A DNA stretch of 64,000 nucleotides from an uncultured bacterium (GTDB taxonomy: Bacteria; Babelota; Babeliae; Babelales; JACPOV01), in assembly GCA_963744715.1 (NCBI GenBank), contig CAVUUR010000012.1:128001-192000 (forward strand), in the 5' to 3' direction. The notes beneath the pieces are model-generated. The model searched no databases. It was not told the DNA's origin and saw only the letters and a list, made by a program, of their open reading frames with translations. The translations under genes were made by a program, and so were the position numbers. Shown here piece after piece: positions 10,278 through 20,551 of the stretch. How positions within the stretch are numbered: position 1 is the first letter of the stretch; every line of letters begins with the position of its first letter.

Positions 10278-12596
10278 TTATCGTTTTATAAAACTTTCCA
10301 ATTGTTGTTTTTGATTACTTAATTGAGCATTAATATTGGTTATAACGTCTTGGTATTGATCTATCGTTTCAATAATTTGACTGCCGACTATACTGGTTAA
10401 TCGCTGAGTCAAATCATTTCCCATTTGGGCAAATGAAGGATCTGTTCCTTGAATCGTTTTATGAATTTCTTCAATACCATCTTTTATTGCCTGTAAATAA
10501 CTAATTTTCATATCACGAAGATCAAAAACACTTTGTACCATATCACTTATGGTAGGTTTTTCTTCCGGTAAATAAACTGCTCGATCCCACGCTTTAATCA
10601 AGAATTCAACGTTTACCATGGTACTATTCAATTTATTTGCAATATCACTATACACGTTGGCAATATCCACCGATGCTTGTGCAAGCATTTTCGTTGCATA
10701 ATCGAGATTACCTTTTTTTGACGGATCGAGAGTTGCTACTTTCAATTTCTCTGCGATTGCATTCACATCAGGATTCTTGAGAATTTCTTCACGAGTGAAA
10801 CCAAGAACTTTTAAATATTCCTCTTTAGCTACTTGATAATTATTAGTAGCGCGCGTTAATTTTACTTTAGAATTGTCAAAAAGATCACGAATATATGTAC
10901 CAATTTTTTTACCAAAATCAATAATCGGTTTTGTTAGTGCTTCGAATTTGTTTGGAGTTCTCAATTGCGCTCGTTCTTGAGCGATTAATAATTCAGCCTT
11001 TTCGATATTAGTCAGAATACGTACTTGCTCTTCTCTTTCTGCGTGAACAGCAGCACCCGTAACATTCGTAATTCGTTTTCCTACCGCTTGCGATACTTGT
11101 GCAATATTCTCCGCAACGTAACCACCCATTCTTGCCAATTGATTAATCAATGCTTCATGATTTTTAAACATTTCAATTAATCTCATTGGAGCAGCAACTC
11201 TTTCAAGAATTGCTCGACTAATTGGACCCGGTATAAACCTTGAATGCGCCATATTTGCAACTCTTCCGAGCTGGGCGTCAACTTCAACGGCAGTATTATC
11301 AAGTGCACTAACAAGGTTTGGTACTTCATGTAGTTCTTGAGCAATTCTACCAATTGCTTCACCTTGAACTTGCAATTGGCCCCCTAACGTATTCAGACGT
11401 TCATTAAGATAGGCAGGACCTTCTCGCATCGTATATAAAACACCGCTAACCATTTCTCCTGCAGTAAAATGAACAAACGCCGCTACTACATCGACGCCTA
11501 TCCTAATACCTTCTACGACATTTCCTGGTAATAAATTTGCGGTTAATGCCCGCGCCCCTTGCATTGCCTGTTGAAACATAGGTTCTTCATTTCTAATAGC
11601 AACACTTGTTTCTGCTATCTTCGGCTGAGCCAAACTATCTATTCCTGCTTGCAATTCTTGTATTAATGCATCTCCCGGTTGCCCCAAATTATAATGTCTT
11701 ATTGCTGCTTGCGTTTCTTGCAATGTTTTTTTCATAGATTCTTTTACTTTAGGATCATCTGATATTGCTGCATCACGTAGTTGAGCAATCCAGACATTAG
11801 TAAATTCATCATTAATGCGTTTCAATTGATCAGAAGGAATTTTATCATAAAGCTTCAAAGTACGGTCAGTCTCATTTATTGGCTTTTTTGAACTTACCAA
11901 TACGGTAGTTATCTGATTGATTCTGTTTTGAGCTTGTTTTGCTAATTCAGGATCATTTTGCGCCGCTAACGCAACAATTTCTTTAAGCGCTTCTCGCTGA
12001 TCTCGATACGAAGGAAAATTTTGGTCCAAGTCCAACATTGCTTTTGCTAAAATGAGCGTCGATTCTTCAGGTTTAGTGTCCCTTAAATCATTTTCCAACG
12101 TATTACGAAATAATTTAAAATCTGGAACAGCCTTACTCGTAGATTCTAACAATACCCCTAATTTTTTCGCTTCTGTTTTAATTTTTTCCAATGCTTGTTC
12201 AGCTCGTGTTACGTCTCGCTGAGCGTTTAGACGCTCATTCTCTTTTTCTTGAATTTTTCCACCCCATTCTTCAGCTTTTGACAAAGCATTTTCACGTCTT
12301 GTTTGCAAGGCCTTAATTATTTCTGTAGCAGTACCTTTGCTTTTTTCTTTTTCAATAGTTTTTTCAAGGTCTTCAGCCTTTTTTACGAGTAGATCTTGAT
12401 TTCTTCTGGCATCCTTTTCATTTTTTTCGGCTTGAGCTAAGCGATCTTTTGCCTCCCTCTCAACTCCTTCAGTCTTTAGCCAGTCTTCTTTTAACTGTTC
12501 ACCACTATCATGCATTGCAACTACGCTCATTACTGGTGCTATAGCGATAAAAAAATAGGTACATATCAATAGAAAAAAGCTATATTTGCATTTCAT
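10278..12596 (-). CDS. Large secreted coiled-coil hypothetical protein
   Basis: Long ORF; probable ATG at 12596 after AAGGA; signal peptide; E/K/A-rich heptads. Confidence 0.75.
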   Translation of the reverse strand: MKCKYSFFLLICTYFFIAIAPVMSVVAMHDSGEQLKEDWLKTEGVEREAKDRLAQAEKNEKDARRNQDLLVKKAEDLEKTIEKEKSKGTATEIIKALQTRRENALSKAEEWGGKIQEKENERLNAQRDVTRAEQALEKIKTEAKKLGVLLESTSKAVPDFKLFRNTLENDLRDTKPEESTLILAKAMLDLDQNFPSYRDQREALKEIVALAAQNDPELAKQAQNRINQITTVLVSSKKPINETDRTLKLYDKIPSDQLKRINDEFTNVWIAQLRDAAISDDPKVKESMKKTLQETQAAIRHYNLGQPGDALIQELQAGIDSLAQPKIAETSVAIRNEEPMFQQAMQGARALTANLLPGNVVEGIRIGVDVVAAFVHFTAGEMVSGVLYTMREGPAYLNERLNTLGGQLQVQGEAIGRIAQELHEVPNLVSALDNTAVEVDAQLGRVANMAHSRFIPGPISRAILERVAAPMRLIEMFKNHEALINQLARMGGYVAENIAQVSQAVGKRITNVTGAAVHAEREEQVRILTNIEKAELLIAQERAQLRTPNKFEALTKPIIDFGKKIGTYIRDLFDNSKVKLTRATNNYQVAKEEYLKVLGFTREEILKNPDVNAIAEKLKVATLDPSKKGNLDYATKMLAQASVDIANVYSDIANKLNSTMVNVEFLIKAWDRAVYLPEEKPTISDMVQSVFDLRDMKISYLQAIKDGIEEIHKTIQGTDPSFAQMGNDLTQRLTSIVGSQIIETIDQYQDVITNINAQLSNQKQQLESFIKR

Positions 12597-12775
12597 TACC
12601 ATTCCTTGTGCTACCAATGAAATCTTTAACGTTATTACCTTCAATATAATAAATTAAAATTCAAATAAGCAATACATTTGATTGCCGAAGCAAAAAACTA
12701 TAATCAGTATTGAATAAAGCAGTTTTTTATCGCACACTAATGGTTAATACTATCATTCATACAAGAAAGAATATT

Positions 12776-13885
12776 ATGAGCATTAAAGCAGGCCTTGTCG
12801 GCCTACCAAATGTTGGAAAATCTACTTTATTTAACGCATTGACCAACTCTTCGGTTCCTGCAGAAAATTATCCTTTTTGCACCATAGAACCACACATTGC
12901 AATCACCGAAGTACTTGATAAACGCATTGATCAATTAAAAAAAGCATTTAATAGCATAAAAACAATTCCGGCAACCGTTACCTTTGTTGATATTGCAGGT
13001 CTCGTACAAGGCGCGGCATCAGGAGAAGGGCTCGGCAATCAATTTTTAAGTCATATTCGCGAAGTTGACCTTATTTTACATGTATTACGGTGTTTTGATG
13101 ATCCTAATATCATTGCAAGCAAAGATATCAATCCATTAGAGGATTTTGATATCATTACTACTGAATTAATGCTTAAAGACCTTGAAAGTGTTCAAAAAAG
13201 GATAGAAAAGGTCCAACATTTAATTAAAGCCGCAAAAAACAAACCTGCAGAACTTAAAGAATTAACCATAGAACATGATCTTCTTCAAGAGCTCAGTAAA
13301 GCCCTTAACCTTCTGGATGTTCAAAAGATACGCTCTTTAGTCAGTACATCATCTGTACCTACCATTCCTTTATTATCAGCTAAAAATTTCCTGATTATCG
13401 CCAATGTAAGCGAATCAGAACTTGAAGATAATGCCTATGAAAAAAATCAACATTATCAAGCAGTCCTCAAGCGATTCGGCTCTGAAAAAATAATTCCTAT
13501 TTGTGCAAAAATAGAATCGGAATTAACCCAGCTTTCCGCTCAGGAAGCACAAGAAATTATGGATTTGTTAGGCATTTCATGCCGTGGCCTTGAGACTATT
13601 ATACAAAAAACCTATCATTCCTTAGGATTAATAACTTTTTTTACCTGCGGCCCAAAAGAAATCCATGCATGGCCAGTAAAAAAAGGAATTACTATTCGGC
13701 AGGCGGCGGGAGAAATTCATTCCGATCTTGAACGTGGCTTTATTTGTGCTGATATATTCAATTGCTCAGATCTTTTTTCCTTGGGAAGTGAGCAAAAAGT
13801 GAAGGATGAGGGCAAAATGCGCACCGAAGGACAGGGTTACATAGTTCGTGATGGGGATATTGTCCACATCAAATTCAATGTATAA
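12776..13885 (+). CDS. ychF: Redox-regulated ATPase YchF
   Basis: GLVGLPNVGKST, NYPFCTIEP, DIAGLV, GEGLGNQFL, AAGEIHSDLERGFI, DGDIVHIKFNV. Confidence 0.97.
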   Translation: MSIKAGLVGLPNVGKSTLFNALTNSSVPAENYPFCTIEPHIAITEVLDKRIDQLKKAFNSIKTIPATVTFVDIAGLVQGAASGEGLGNQFLSHIREVDLILHVLRCFDDPNIIASKDINPLEDFDIITTELMLKDLESVQKRIEKVQHLIKAAKNKPAELKELTIEHDLLQELSKALNLLDVQKIRSLVSTSSVPTIPLLSAKNFLIIANVSESELEDNAYEKNQHYQAVLKRFGSEKIIPICAKIESELTQLSAQEAQEIMDLLGISCRGLETIIQKTYHSLGLITFFTCGPKEIHAWPVKKGITIRQAAGEIHSDLERGFICADIFNCSDLFSLGSEQKVKDEGKMRTEGQGYIVRDGDIVHIKFNV

Positions 13886-14029
13886 CTTTCGAGTAAAAAA
13901 AAGTCAGTATAAAGCAACTTTTTTGATATAAATAACAATTATCTAGTATTAAGATGCTCAAATTTATGCTATAATGCTCTTGGTAAAGTAATCTGTTGGT
14001 AACCATCCAACAAAAAGGCATGGAGCATT

Positions 14030-14494
14030 ATGAAACGAAAGAAAGGCTTTTTCTCAATATCTGCAGTAGCAAAAATGTTTTCGGTACATCAGCAAACGGT
14101 ACGGCTCTATGAAAAGGAAGGACTGATTACTCCTAAACGCTCTACTGGCAATACACGCCTTTTTTCTGAAGAAGATGTTGATAAGCTTGAACAAATTATT
14201 TATTTAACTCATGAGTTAGGCATAAATCTGGCAGGTGTCGAAATGGTGCTACGGCTACAAAAACAAATAAAAAAACTACAAAAAGAAATAAATGACGCGT
14301 TTAAGGAAACAAACCAGCAACTTGATAAAGAAAGCCAGGTATTTAAAGAGCAGGCTAAAGAACGAGCACAGCGCCTTTTAAGTATGAAACAGCAATCGGC
14401 AAAAAAAGAGCCCGCCACTTCTCAAGCCGGCAAAGAATCACAAGAAAAAGAGACTTTTGACCTGGCACAGTGGGAAATAAGTTACGACGAATAA
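14030..14494 (+). CDS. hspR: MerR-family regulator, HspR-like
   Basis: SISAVAKMFSVHQQTVRLYEKEGLITPKRSTGNTRLFS...ELGINLAGVE followed by a coiled coil. Confidence 0.85.
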   Translation: MKRKKGFFSISAVAKMFSVHQQTVRLYEKEGLITPKRSTGNTRLFSEEDVDKLEQIIYLTHELGINLAGVEMVLRLQKQIKKLQKEINDAFKETNQQLDKESQVFKEQAKERAQRLLSMKQQSAKKEPATSQAGKESQEKETFDLAQWEISYDE

Positions 14495-14573
14495 AAAATG
14501 TTTCAATATTGTTATAAACAAGATAGATTATTATAGTGAGTAACAAAATAGTCCAAGATAAAGGGCTTTATGT

Positions 14574-15020
14574 ATGAAAAAAAATTTTTTTGATAATGAA
14601 ATCAATCAGTGCGAACTTTCGTATGAATTTTTATATTTGTTAAAATGGCTTTTGGATAATGAGGTAGACACGTTAAAAAAACTTGTTACTAGTGCTGTTA
14701 AACATGGCTTTAAAAATACTATGCATCCTAATGATGCGGCTTCTGAAAATATACAAAATAGTATTATTGATTTTCTCGATCTTCTTGATACGCTTCTCGT
14801 GGAAGTTATACATGAGCAAAGTGTAAAAAAAATATTGGATAAGAATTTATTACCCGCCCTTGATCAAATTGATGCAAAAGTATACGACAAATCAGTTGTT
14901 CAATCGAGCCTTGAAAAAGCAACGGCAGCGTTTGATAATTTCCCAGAAAAAAACCCTCAAGATATATTATTTAAAGAATTACTCAAACGTTGGAAGCCCA
15001 ATAAAAATTCAGTAAATTAA
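14574..15020 (+). CDS. Hypothetical protein
   Basis: 148-aa helical ORF filling the gap between hspR and maf. Confidence 0.65.
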   Translation: MKKNFFDNEINQCELSYEFLYLLKWLLDNEVDTLKKLVTSAVKHGFKNTMHPNDAASENIQNSIIDFLDLLDTLLVEVIHEQSVKKILDKNLLPALDQIDAKVYDKSVVQSSLEKATAAFDNFPEKNPQDILFKELLKRWKPNKNSVN

Positions 15021-15023
15021 TGA

Positions 15024-15641
15024 TTATGCAAACTCAAAAAAAATTGAGTTTGCATAACACTCTCTCAATTCGAACATCGGTAAACCAAGAATAGTGGTAT
15101 ATGATCCCTCAATTGATTTGAGAAATTGTGCTCCATAACTTTGAATAGTAACACCACCACTTAAATCACAATAATGCGGAATCGACTCTAAATATTTTTC
15201 TATCCAACTATCAGGCATATCAAAAATATACCGCGTCACAACACATTCAAGAATACGTTCCTCAGTATGCCATGAACCGCCATTATAATATTTTTTATCA
15301 AGGCAAAACGCAGTACCACAAATACCCCCCTGGCGTAACGCCTTTATTTTTTCTATAACATCCGATTTACTAGAAGGTTTTCCATGAATAACGCCATCGT
15401 TGTCTTGACCCATCGTATCAGCAGTTAATACAAAACAGTAATCCTTTTTTTCCCTTGCGGGAAGCACTGCATGTTCCATTTTTTTTACGGCAATAGTTTT
15501 TAATACATCTTCAAATGGCAATGTCCAATCACACGCTTGTTCATCAGCTGATTGTACAATTAACTCAAAAGGAATTTTTGCTTCCTGCAGTAATATTTTT
15601 CGCGAATTGGATTGAGATGCTAATAGTAAAATATTATTCAT
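15024..15641 (-). CDS. maf: Maf family nucleotide pyrophosphatase
   Basis: LLASQSNSRKILL, VLTADT, GKP, IEGSYTTILGLP. Confidence 0.92.
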   Translation of the reverse strand: MNNILLLASQSNSRKILLQEAKIPFELIVQSADEQACDWTLPFEDVLKTIAVKKMEHAVLPAREKKDYCFVLTADTMGQDNDGVIHGKPSSKSDVIEKIKALRQGGICGTAFCLDKKYYNGGSWHTEERILECVVTRYIFDMPDSWIEKYLESIPHYCDLSGGVTIQSYGAQFLKSIEGSYTTILGLPMFELRECYANSIFFEFA

Positions 15642-15793
15642 GTTAAGTTCTTTTTTTCTTCCTGTTGTATGTGAAATTTTTTTGTTAAACAGTTAAAGAT
15701 ATAACAATTTTCACGCATATGATACAGTAGCTACATGAAAACAACAATATAAAAAAATAATTTTTGTGCAATTTTCATGATCAAAAGTAGTTT

Positions 15794-17056
15794 ATGAAGC
15801 CAGCATTCGCTTTTAAGATAATTTTCCCCCTATCATTTTTTATTACGTATCATACGTTACCAAACGATGCAGGTTTTGATCTTACTGTTGTTGGCCCTAT
15901 TGCATTTGCTGATGGTATTGGCAGACAATCGATAGAAATTATTGATTCGTTACATAAAGAATTGACCATTAACTTTGTTCACTCACGAATGAGCTATCCA
16001 GTACTATTCACCCAAGAATCATTACAAGATATCCCCCCACATATTCATAGTATCCTTAAAGAGCAAACGCCAGGATTTAGCAATGTTACTCTTTTTGAAG
16101 ATGTTCTGACGTACAATGGTCATGATTTTTATAAAAAAATACCGCATGATACGCTCATTAAAATTGCTTATACTATGTTTGAAGGAACAGCAATTCCAGC
16201 AACCTGGGTGACCATTCTCAATACTTATTTTGATGCAGCTGTGGTACCGGATCATTATTTAAAAATAGTGTATAGTCAATGCGGCGTGAAAATTCCAATT
16301 TTTGTACTACCATTAGGTGTGTATTTAGAACCTTTTTTACAAAAAAAAATTAAAAAATCATCTAACAAACCTTTCGTTTTTGGCGTTTCTGCTGCATTTA
16401 GTTATCGAAAAAATCACACATTATTACTTAAAAGTTTCGCGCAGGAATTCGGCAATAACCCTAATGTATTATTAAAAATACATGGACGTTATGCACAACC
16501 TGATATCTATAATGAAGTAATAGCCCTTATTCAAGAGCTTAATCTATTAAATATTGTACTTATTGATACCTCATTATCATGGGATGAATATGTAGAATTT
16601 ATTGCTTCGCTGGATTGTTATGTACTTTTATCTAAAGCTGAAGGATTTTCTATTACTCCCCGCGAAGCCCTAGCATGTGGCGTTCCTTGTATTCTTTCTA
16701 ACAACACGGCACATACAACCATTTGTAACACCGGATTTGTTCTATCGGTTCCCTCACTAATACCAGAATCAATTTTAACGGCACAATCCATTCCCGGATA
16801 TATATTTAACTGTGATAATTCTGACGTTAGAAAAGCCCTTAGGGAAATGTACAATAACTATACTGTTTATAAAAAAAAAGCAGAAGACGCTCGCTCTTGG
16901 GTATCTTTTTATCAACATACTACATTAAAACCATTTTATTTAAGTCTCATCAAACCTAAAAAAGTAATTCTTGGCGATGAAAATCGAATCGAACAAGATT
17001 ATTTGATAACAAACTGTAAAAAGTTATATGAAAAATATATGATTTTTTCACATTAA
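15794..17056 (+). CDS. GT4-like glycosyltransferase (copy 1), signal-peptide-like N-terminus
   Basis: RKNH, EGFSITPREALACGVPCI (Ex7E motif). Confidence 0.85.
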   Translation: MKPAFAFKIIFPLSFFITYHTLPNDAGFDLTVVGPIAFADGIGRQSIEIIDSLHKELTINFVHSRMSYPVLFTQESLQDIPPHIHSILKEQTPGFSNVTLFEDVLTYNGHDFYKKIPHDTLIKIAYTMFEGTAIPATWVTILNTYFDAAVVPDHYLKIVYSQCGVKIPIFVLPLGVYLEPFLQKKIKKSSNKPFVFGVSAAFSYRKNHTLLLKSFAQEFGNNPNVLLKIHGRYAQPDIYNEVIALIQELNLLNIVLIDTSLSWDEYVEFIASLDCYVLLSKAEGFSITPREALACGVPCILSNNTAHTTICNTGFVLSVPSLIPESILTAQSIPGYIFNCDNSDVRKALREMYNNYTVYKKKAEDARSWVSFYQHTTLKPFYLSLIKPKKVILGDENRIEQDYLITNCKKLYEKYMIFSH

Positions 17057-17143
17057 TAAAAAAATTTATGCACATATTCTAGCAAGATATCTATCATAAT
17101 CATTAAACTAAACAACAGTTCTAAAAAAATATAGGGGGAGGGT

Positions 17144-18421
17144 ATGAATAAAAAAGGATTGTATTTAATAAAATATAAAGTAAGTACTGTATTTTTTTTC
17201 TATTTTTTTTTACAAGCAGAACAAGTCCCTTTTGATCTAACCGTTATAGGATTGGTCAATTTTGCTGACGGCATTGGAAGACAGGCAGTTGGTCTTATTG
17301 ATTGTTTAAAAAACGATCTTACCATTAATTTTATTAATACACGAAAAAAAAGGTCTCGTTACCTTAACGTGCAAGATGTTCCCATAAAAGTTGTTGAAAT
17401 TTTACAAAAGGAAGAACCGGGAACCAGTAACGTTGCAATCCTAGAAGATGTCTTGAGTAATGGCAATAAACTTTACCCAGAATATTATTATAAATATGTT
17501 CCAGAACATAGTACCATACGGTTTGCCTACTCAATGTTTGAATCGACGGCAATACCTCAGGAATGGGTAACCATTCTTAACGCTTATTTTGATGCAGTAG
17601 TTGTTCCTGATCCTTTTTTAATTACCGTATATAAAAATTCTGGTGTTACTATTCCTATTTTTATGGTTCCATTAGGTATTTATATTGAAGATTTTTTATC
17701 CTTTCAAGAAAAAAAATCTCCTCATACGCCATTTACTTTCGGTTTTTCCGGAGCCTTTTCTGAGCGAAAAAATCATATGCTTTTATTGCAAAGCTTTGCG
17801 GAAGAATTCGGTAATAATCCCAATGTAATGCTCCGTATTCATGGGCGTTTTGGTAATCAAATTTATAACACATTGGCCTCGATGATTAAAACATTAAATC
17901 TTTCTAACGTAGAACTGATTCATAAAAATTTTAGCTGGCAACAGTACATTGATTTTATGACATCAATTGATTGCTATGTTTCCATTTCTCGCGGTGAAGG
18001 GTTTTCTATTACACCGCGCGAGGCATTAGCGTGCGGTATTCCTACTATTATTTCTAATAATACAGCACAAAAAACTATTGGTAATAGCGGCTATGTTCGT
18101 ACCGTTCCTTCATCATTGGAGGCTCCAGCTTTTTACGAGCATTTACAAGAATACGTTGGCACTGACTTTAATTGCTCTCTTGATGATGTAAAAACTGCAT
18201 TACGAGACGTATATGAACATTATTCTACGTATTTACAAAAGGCACAACACGGTAGAATATGGGTAAGCCAATATCTTTATTCAAATTTACGCAGCAAGTA
18301 TCTTTCATTAATTAAACCCAAAAAAATAATACTTGGTGATGAAAATTTGGTGGAAGATGATTATGTAATAACTAATTCCAAAGCACTATATGATAAATTC
18401 ACCACGTTTATAAAACAATAA
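17144..18421 (+). CDS. GT4-like glycosyltransferase (copy 2), tandem paralog
   Basis: FADGIGRQ, RKNH, EGFSITPREALACGIP; colinear with copy 1. Confidence 0.85.
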   Translation: MNKKGLYLIKYKVSTVFFFYFFLQAEQVPFDLTVIGLVNFADGIGRQAVGLIDCLKNDLTINFINTRKKRSRYLNVQDVPIKVVEILQKEEPGTSNVAILEDVLSNGNKLYPEYYYKYVPEHSTIRFAYSMFESTAIPQEWVTILNAYFDAVVVPDPFLITVYKNSGVTIPIFMVPLGIYIEDFLSFQEKKSPHTPFTFGFSGAFSERKNHMLLLQSFAEEFGNNPNVMLRIHGRFGNQIYNTLASMIKTLNLSNVELIHKNFSWQQYIDFMTSIDCYVSISRGEGFSITPREALACGIPTIISNNTAQKTIGNSGYVRTVPSSLEAPAFYEHLQEYVGTDFNCSLDDVKTALRDVYEHYSTYLQKAQHGRIWVSQYLYSNLRSKYLSLIKPKKIILGDENLVEDDYVITNSKALYDKFTTFIKQ

Positions 18422-18444
18422 TATTTTTACCATGAGATGGATAC

Positions 18445-19434
18445 ATGAATAAGAATATACTTATCATAATAATTGTAGAGATTCTCTCAAACACGCTCCA
18501 TGCAGGATATATCACAACAACTAATATTCTCAAAAAACAAAGTAACATGTTAAGGCTTACCAAAAAAAAAATCAAAACTATGCCAAATTTTAATGCCATC
18601 AAAGATCCACTTCGAATAACTAATCTTGACCTTGCACATAATGAACTGGATACCCTTGATTTAAATCTATTAACAATGTTTGTAAATCTCAAAAATTTAT
18701 GGATAAACAACAATCAAATACAACGTATTATTCCTTTAACGGAGGGTTCAGAGTTACCATCGTTACGTCGTATTAATATTTCTTATAACAAGTTAACCAC
18801 ATTATCCTCGGTATCATTTGCTGGTTGCCCAGCACTGGAGGAGTTGTGGCTTAATAATAATAATATAACTACTATTGATACGTCGATTCCGATCAACAAC
18901 CTTCGAGAACTGCATTTAAATAATAATAATCTTTCATCGCTTTCACTATCTGATTTTGCTACTTTCCCATGGTTGTATATTCTCAACGTAGGATTTAATC
19001 GGATACAATCTATACATAGAAGCACCGCTCTCCATAAAAAATTAAAAGTTCTCTACCTGAACAACAATGCTCTTAGAGTAATTCCAGATTATGTTTTTAC
19101 CACGATGCCGCAACTCAAGGTCCTCTATTTGCACAATAATTCGATTGAATTATTACAACCATATTGTTTGGCTGGTTTGTATAATCTCATCCAATTATTT
19201 GCCTATAACAATCGCATTAAACACTTACCTCATAATGTTTTTAGCGATCTGAACAAATTATATATATTATATTTGCGTAATAATATGATAACAGATATCG
19301 AACCTGCATGTTTTTCAGGTCTGGATAATCTCGGCGTTTTAGATCTACTGCATAATAATTTTCAATGTAATGAACGTTGTTTACACACTATTATTGATGC
19401 TACATCACCCAAAATACATCTCATATATTCTTAA
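18445..19434 (+). CDS. Secreted leucine-rich repeat protein
   Basis: Signal peptide; about 10 LxxLxLxxNxIxx repeats of about 24 aa. Confidence 0.9.
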   Translation: MNKNILIIIIVEILSNTLHAGYITTTNILKKQSNMLRLTKKKIKTMPNFNAIKDPLRITNLDLAHNELDTLDLNLLTMFVNLKNLWINNNQIQRIIPLTEGSELPSLRRINISYNKLTTLSSVSFAGCPALEELWLNNNNITTIDTSIPINNLRELHLNNNNLSSLSLSDFATFPWLYILNVGFNRIQSIHRSTALHKKLKVLYLNNNALRVIPDYVFTTMPQLKVLYLHNNSIELLQPYCLAGLYNLIQLFAYNNRIKHLPHNVFSDLNKLYILYLRNNMITDIEPACFSGLDNLGVLDLLHNNFQCNERCLHTIIDATSPKIHLIYS

Positions 19435-19450
19435 CGATAAAGGAATCCTT

Positions 19451-20500
19451 ATGAAACTATGTAAATATATTATCCTCATGCATTGTTGCCTCATTAATGC
19501 AGATCAGCTCGATGAGTCAATAAGTGTATTTCTTGACTCAATGAAACCTGAAATTTATCAGGATATAAGCATTAATGGTGTTATCGTAAAAGAAGGTGTT
19601 AAAAATTGCGATAAACGGGAACCATATATTTATGAATTACTCGATAACTATAAACGTCCTTTTACAGTACTTGATATCGGCGCCTCTCAGGGACTTTTTT
19701 CAATAAAGATAGCACAGCGATATCCTCATGCACATTGTGTTATGGTTGAAGGAGATTCAACTAATCAATTACCAAAAATTTGTGAACTTAATAGCTCATT
19801 ATCAAATCTTATTGTTCTTGAAAAATTTATTACGGTAGAACAATTAATCGAACTTGGCCAATGTGAACATTTTGATGTTGTATTAGCATTCAATGTCATT
19901 CATCACTTTAAGGAAAAATGGCAGCAAGCAATTGACGCATTATTAACTTTAGGAGATCACATTTTAATTGAAACGCCACCGCGAGGTTGTCATACCGCAG
20001 CCAATAGCCCGATAATACCTCTTATCGAAGATTATCTTGATGCAAATGCAGCGGGCAAAATTATTGGTAAAGTTCCGCGATACGGTAGATTAGGATTACC
20101 GGGCCCCGATCAAAAATACGCCAATTTTTATCTTTTCCAAATGCATAAAAATGTTTTACCAAAATCAACGTGGGGATCATCTCATTTACGATATTATGCT
20201 ATTAATAGCACCTTTACTGAGAAAACATTGTTTAAACCACGCATCAATAAAATTATTGATTGGAAACCTGGCATCAATTTATGGACTTTTAAACATCTTA
20301 ATGGAAAATACCCGTATCGCTCACATATAAAAGATGAAATTGCACGATTATCACTCGTGCCACATAATGATTTTGTTCCATGGAATATTATTATACAAGG
20401 AAACAAATTGGAACTTATTGATTGGGAAGATAATAATTTTCAGGGGGACGCTAATAATGTAGATGTTTGTCTCAATCTTTTTGAAAAAAAATTACCATAA
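19451..20500 (+). CDS. Class I SAM-dependent methyltransferase with C-terminal kinase-like motif
   Basis: VLDIGASQG, FDVVLAFNVIHH; C-terminal HNDFVPWNII...LIDW; ATG 19451 after AAGGA. Confidence 0.75.
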   Translation: MKLCKYIILMHCCLINADQLDESISVFLDSMKPEIYQDISINGVIVKEGVKNCDKREPYIYELLDNYKRPFTVLDIGASQGLFSIKIAQRYPHAHCVMVEGDSTNQLPKICELNSSLSNLIVLEKFITVEQLIELGQCEHFDVVLAFNVIHHFKEKWQQAIDALLTLGDHILIETPPRGCHTAANSPIIPLIEDYLDANAAGKIIGKVPRYGRLGLPGPDQKYANFYLFQMHKNVLPKSTWGSSHLRYYAINSTFTEKTLFKPRINKIIDWKPGINLWTFKHLNGKYPYRSHIKDEIARLSLVPHNDFVPWNIIIQGNKLELIDWEDNNFQGDANNVDVCLNLFEKKLP

Positions 20501-20501
20501 T

Positions 20502-20542
20502 AAAAAAAGAAGATGCAGGAAAATTTCCTGCATCTTCTTTTT
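20502..20542. terminator. Bidirectional intrinsic terminator
   Basis: aaaaagaagatgcaggaaa / tttcctgcatcttcttttt perfect inverted repeat between convergent genes. Confidence 0.9.
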
Positions 20543-20551
20543 AAAAAAACA

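Noticed and set aside
13950..13975. HAIR operator upstream of hspR
   Set aside because: atctagt...gctcaaa has an 8-nt spacer and several mismatches to CTTGAGT-N7-ACTCAAG.
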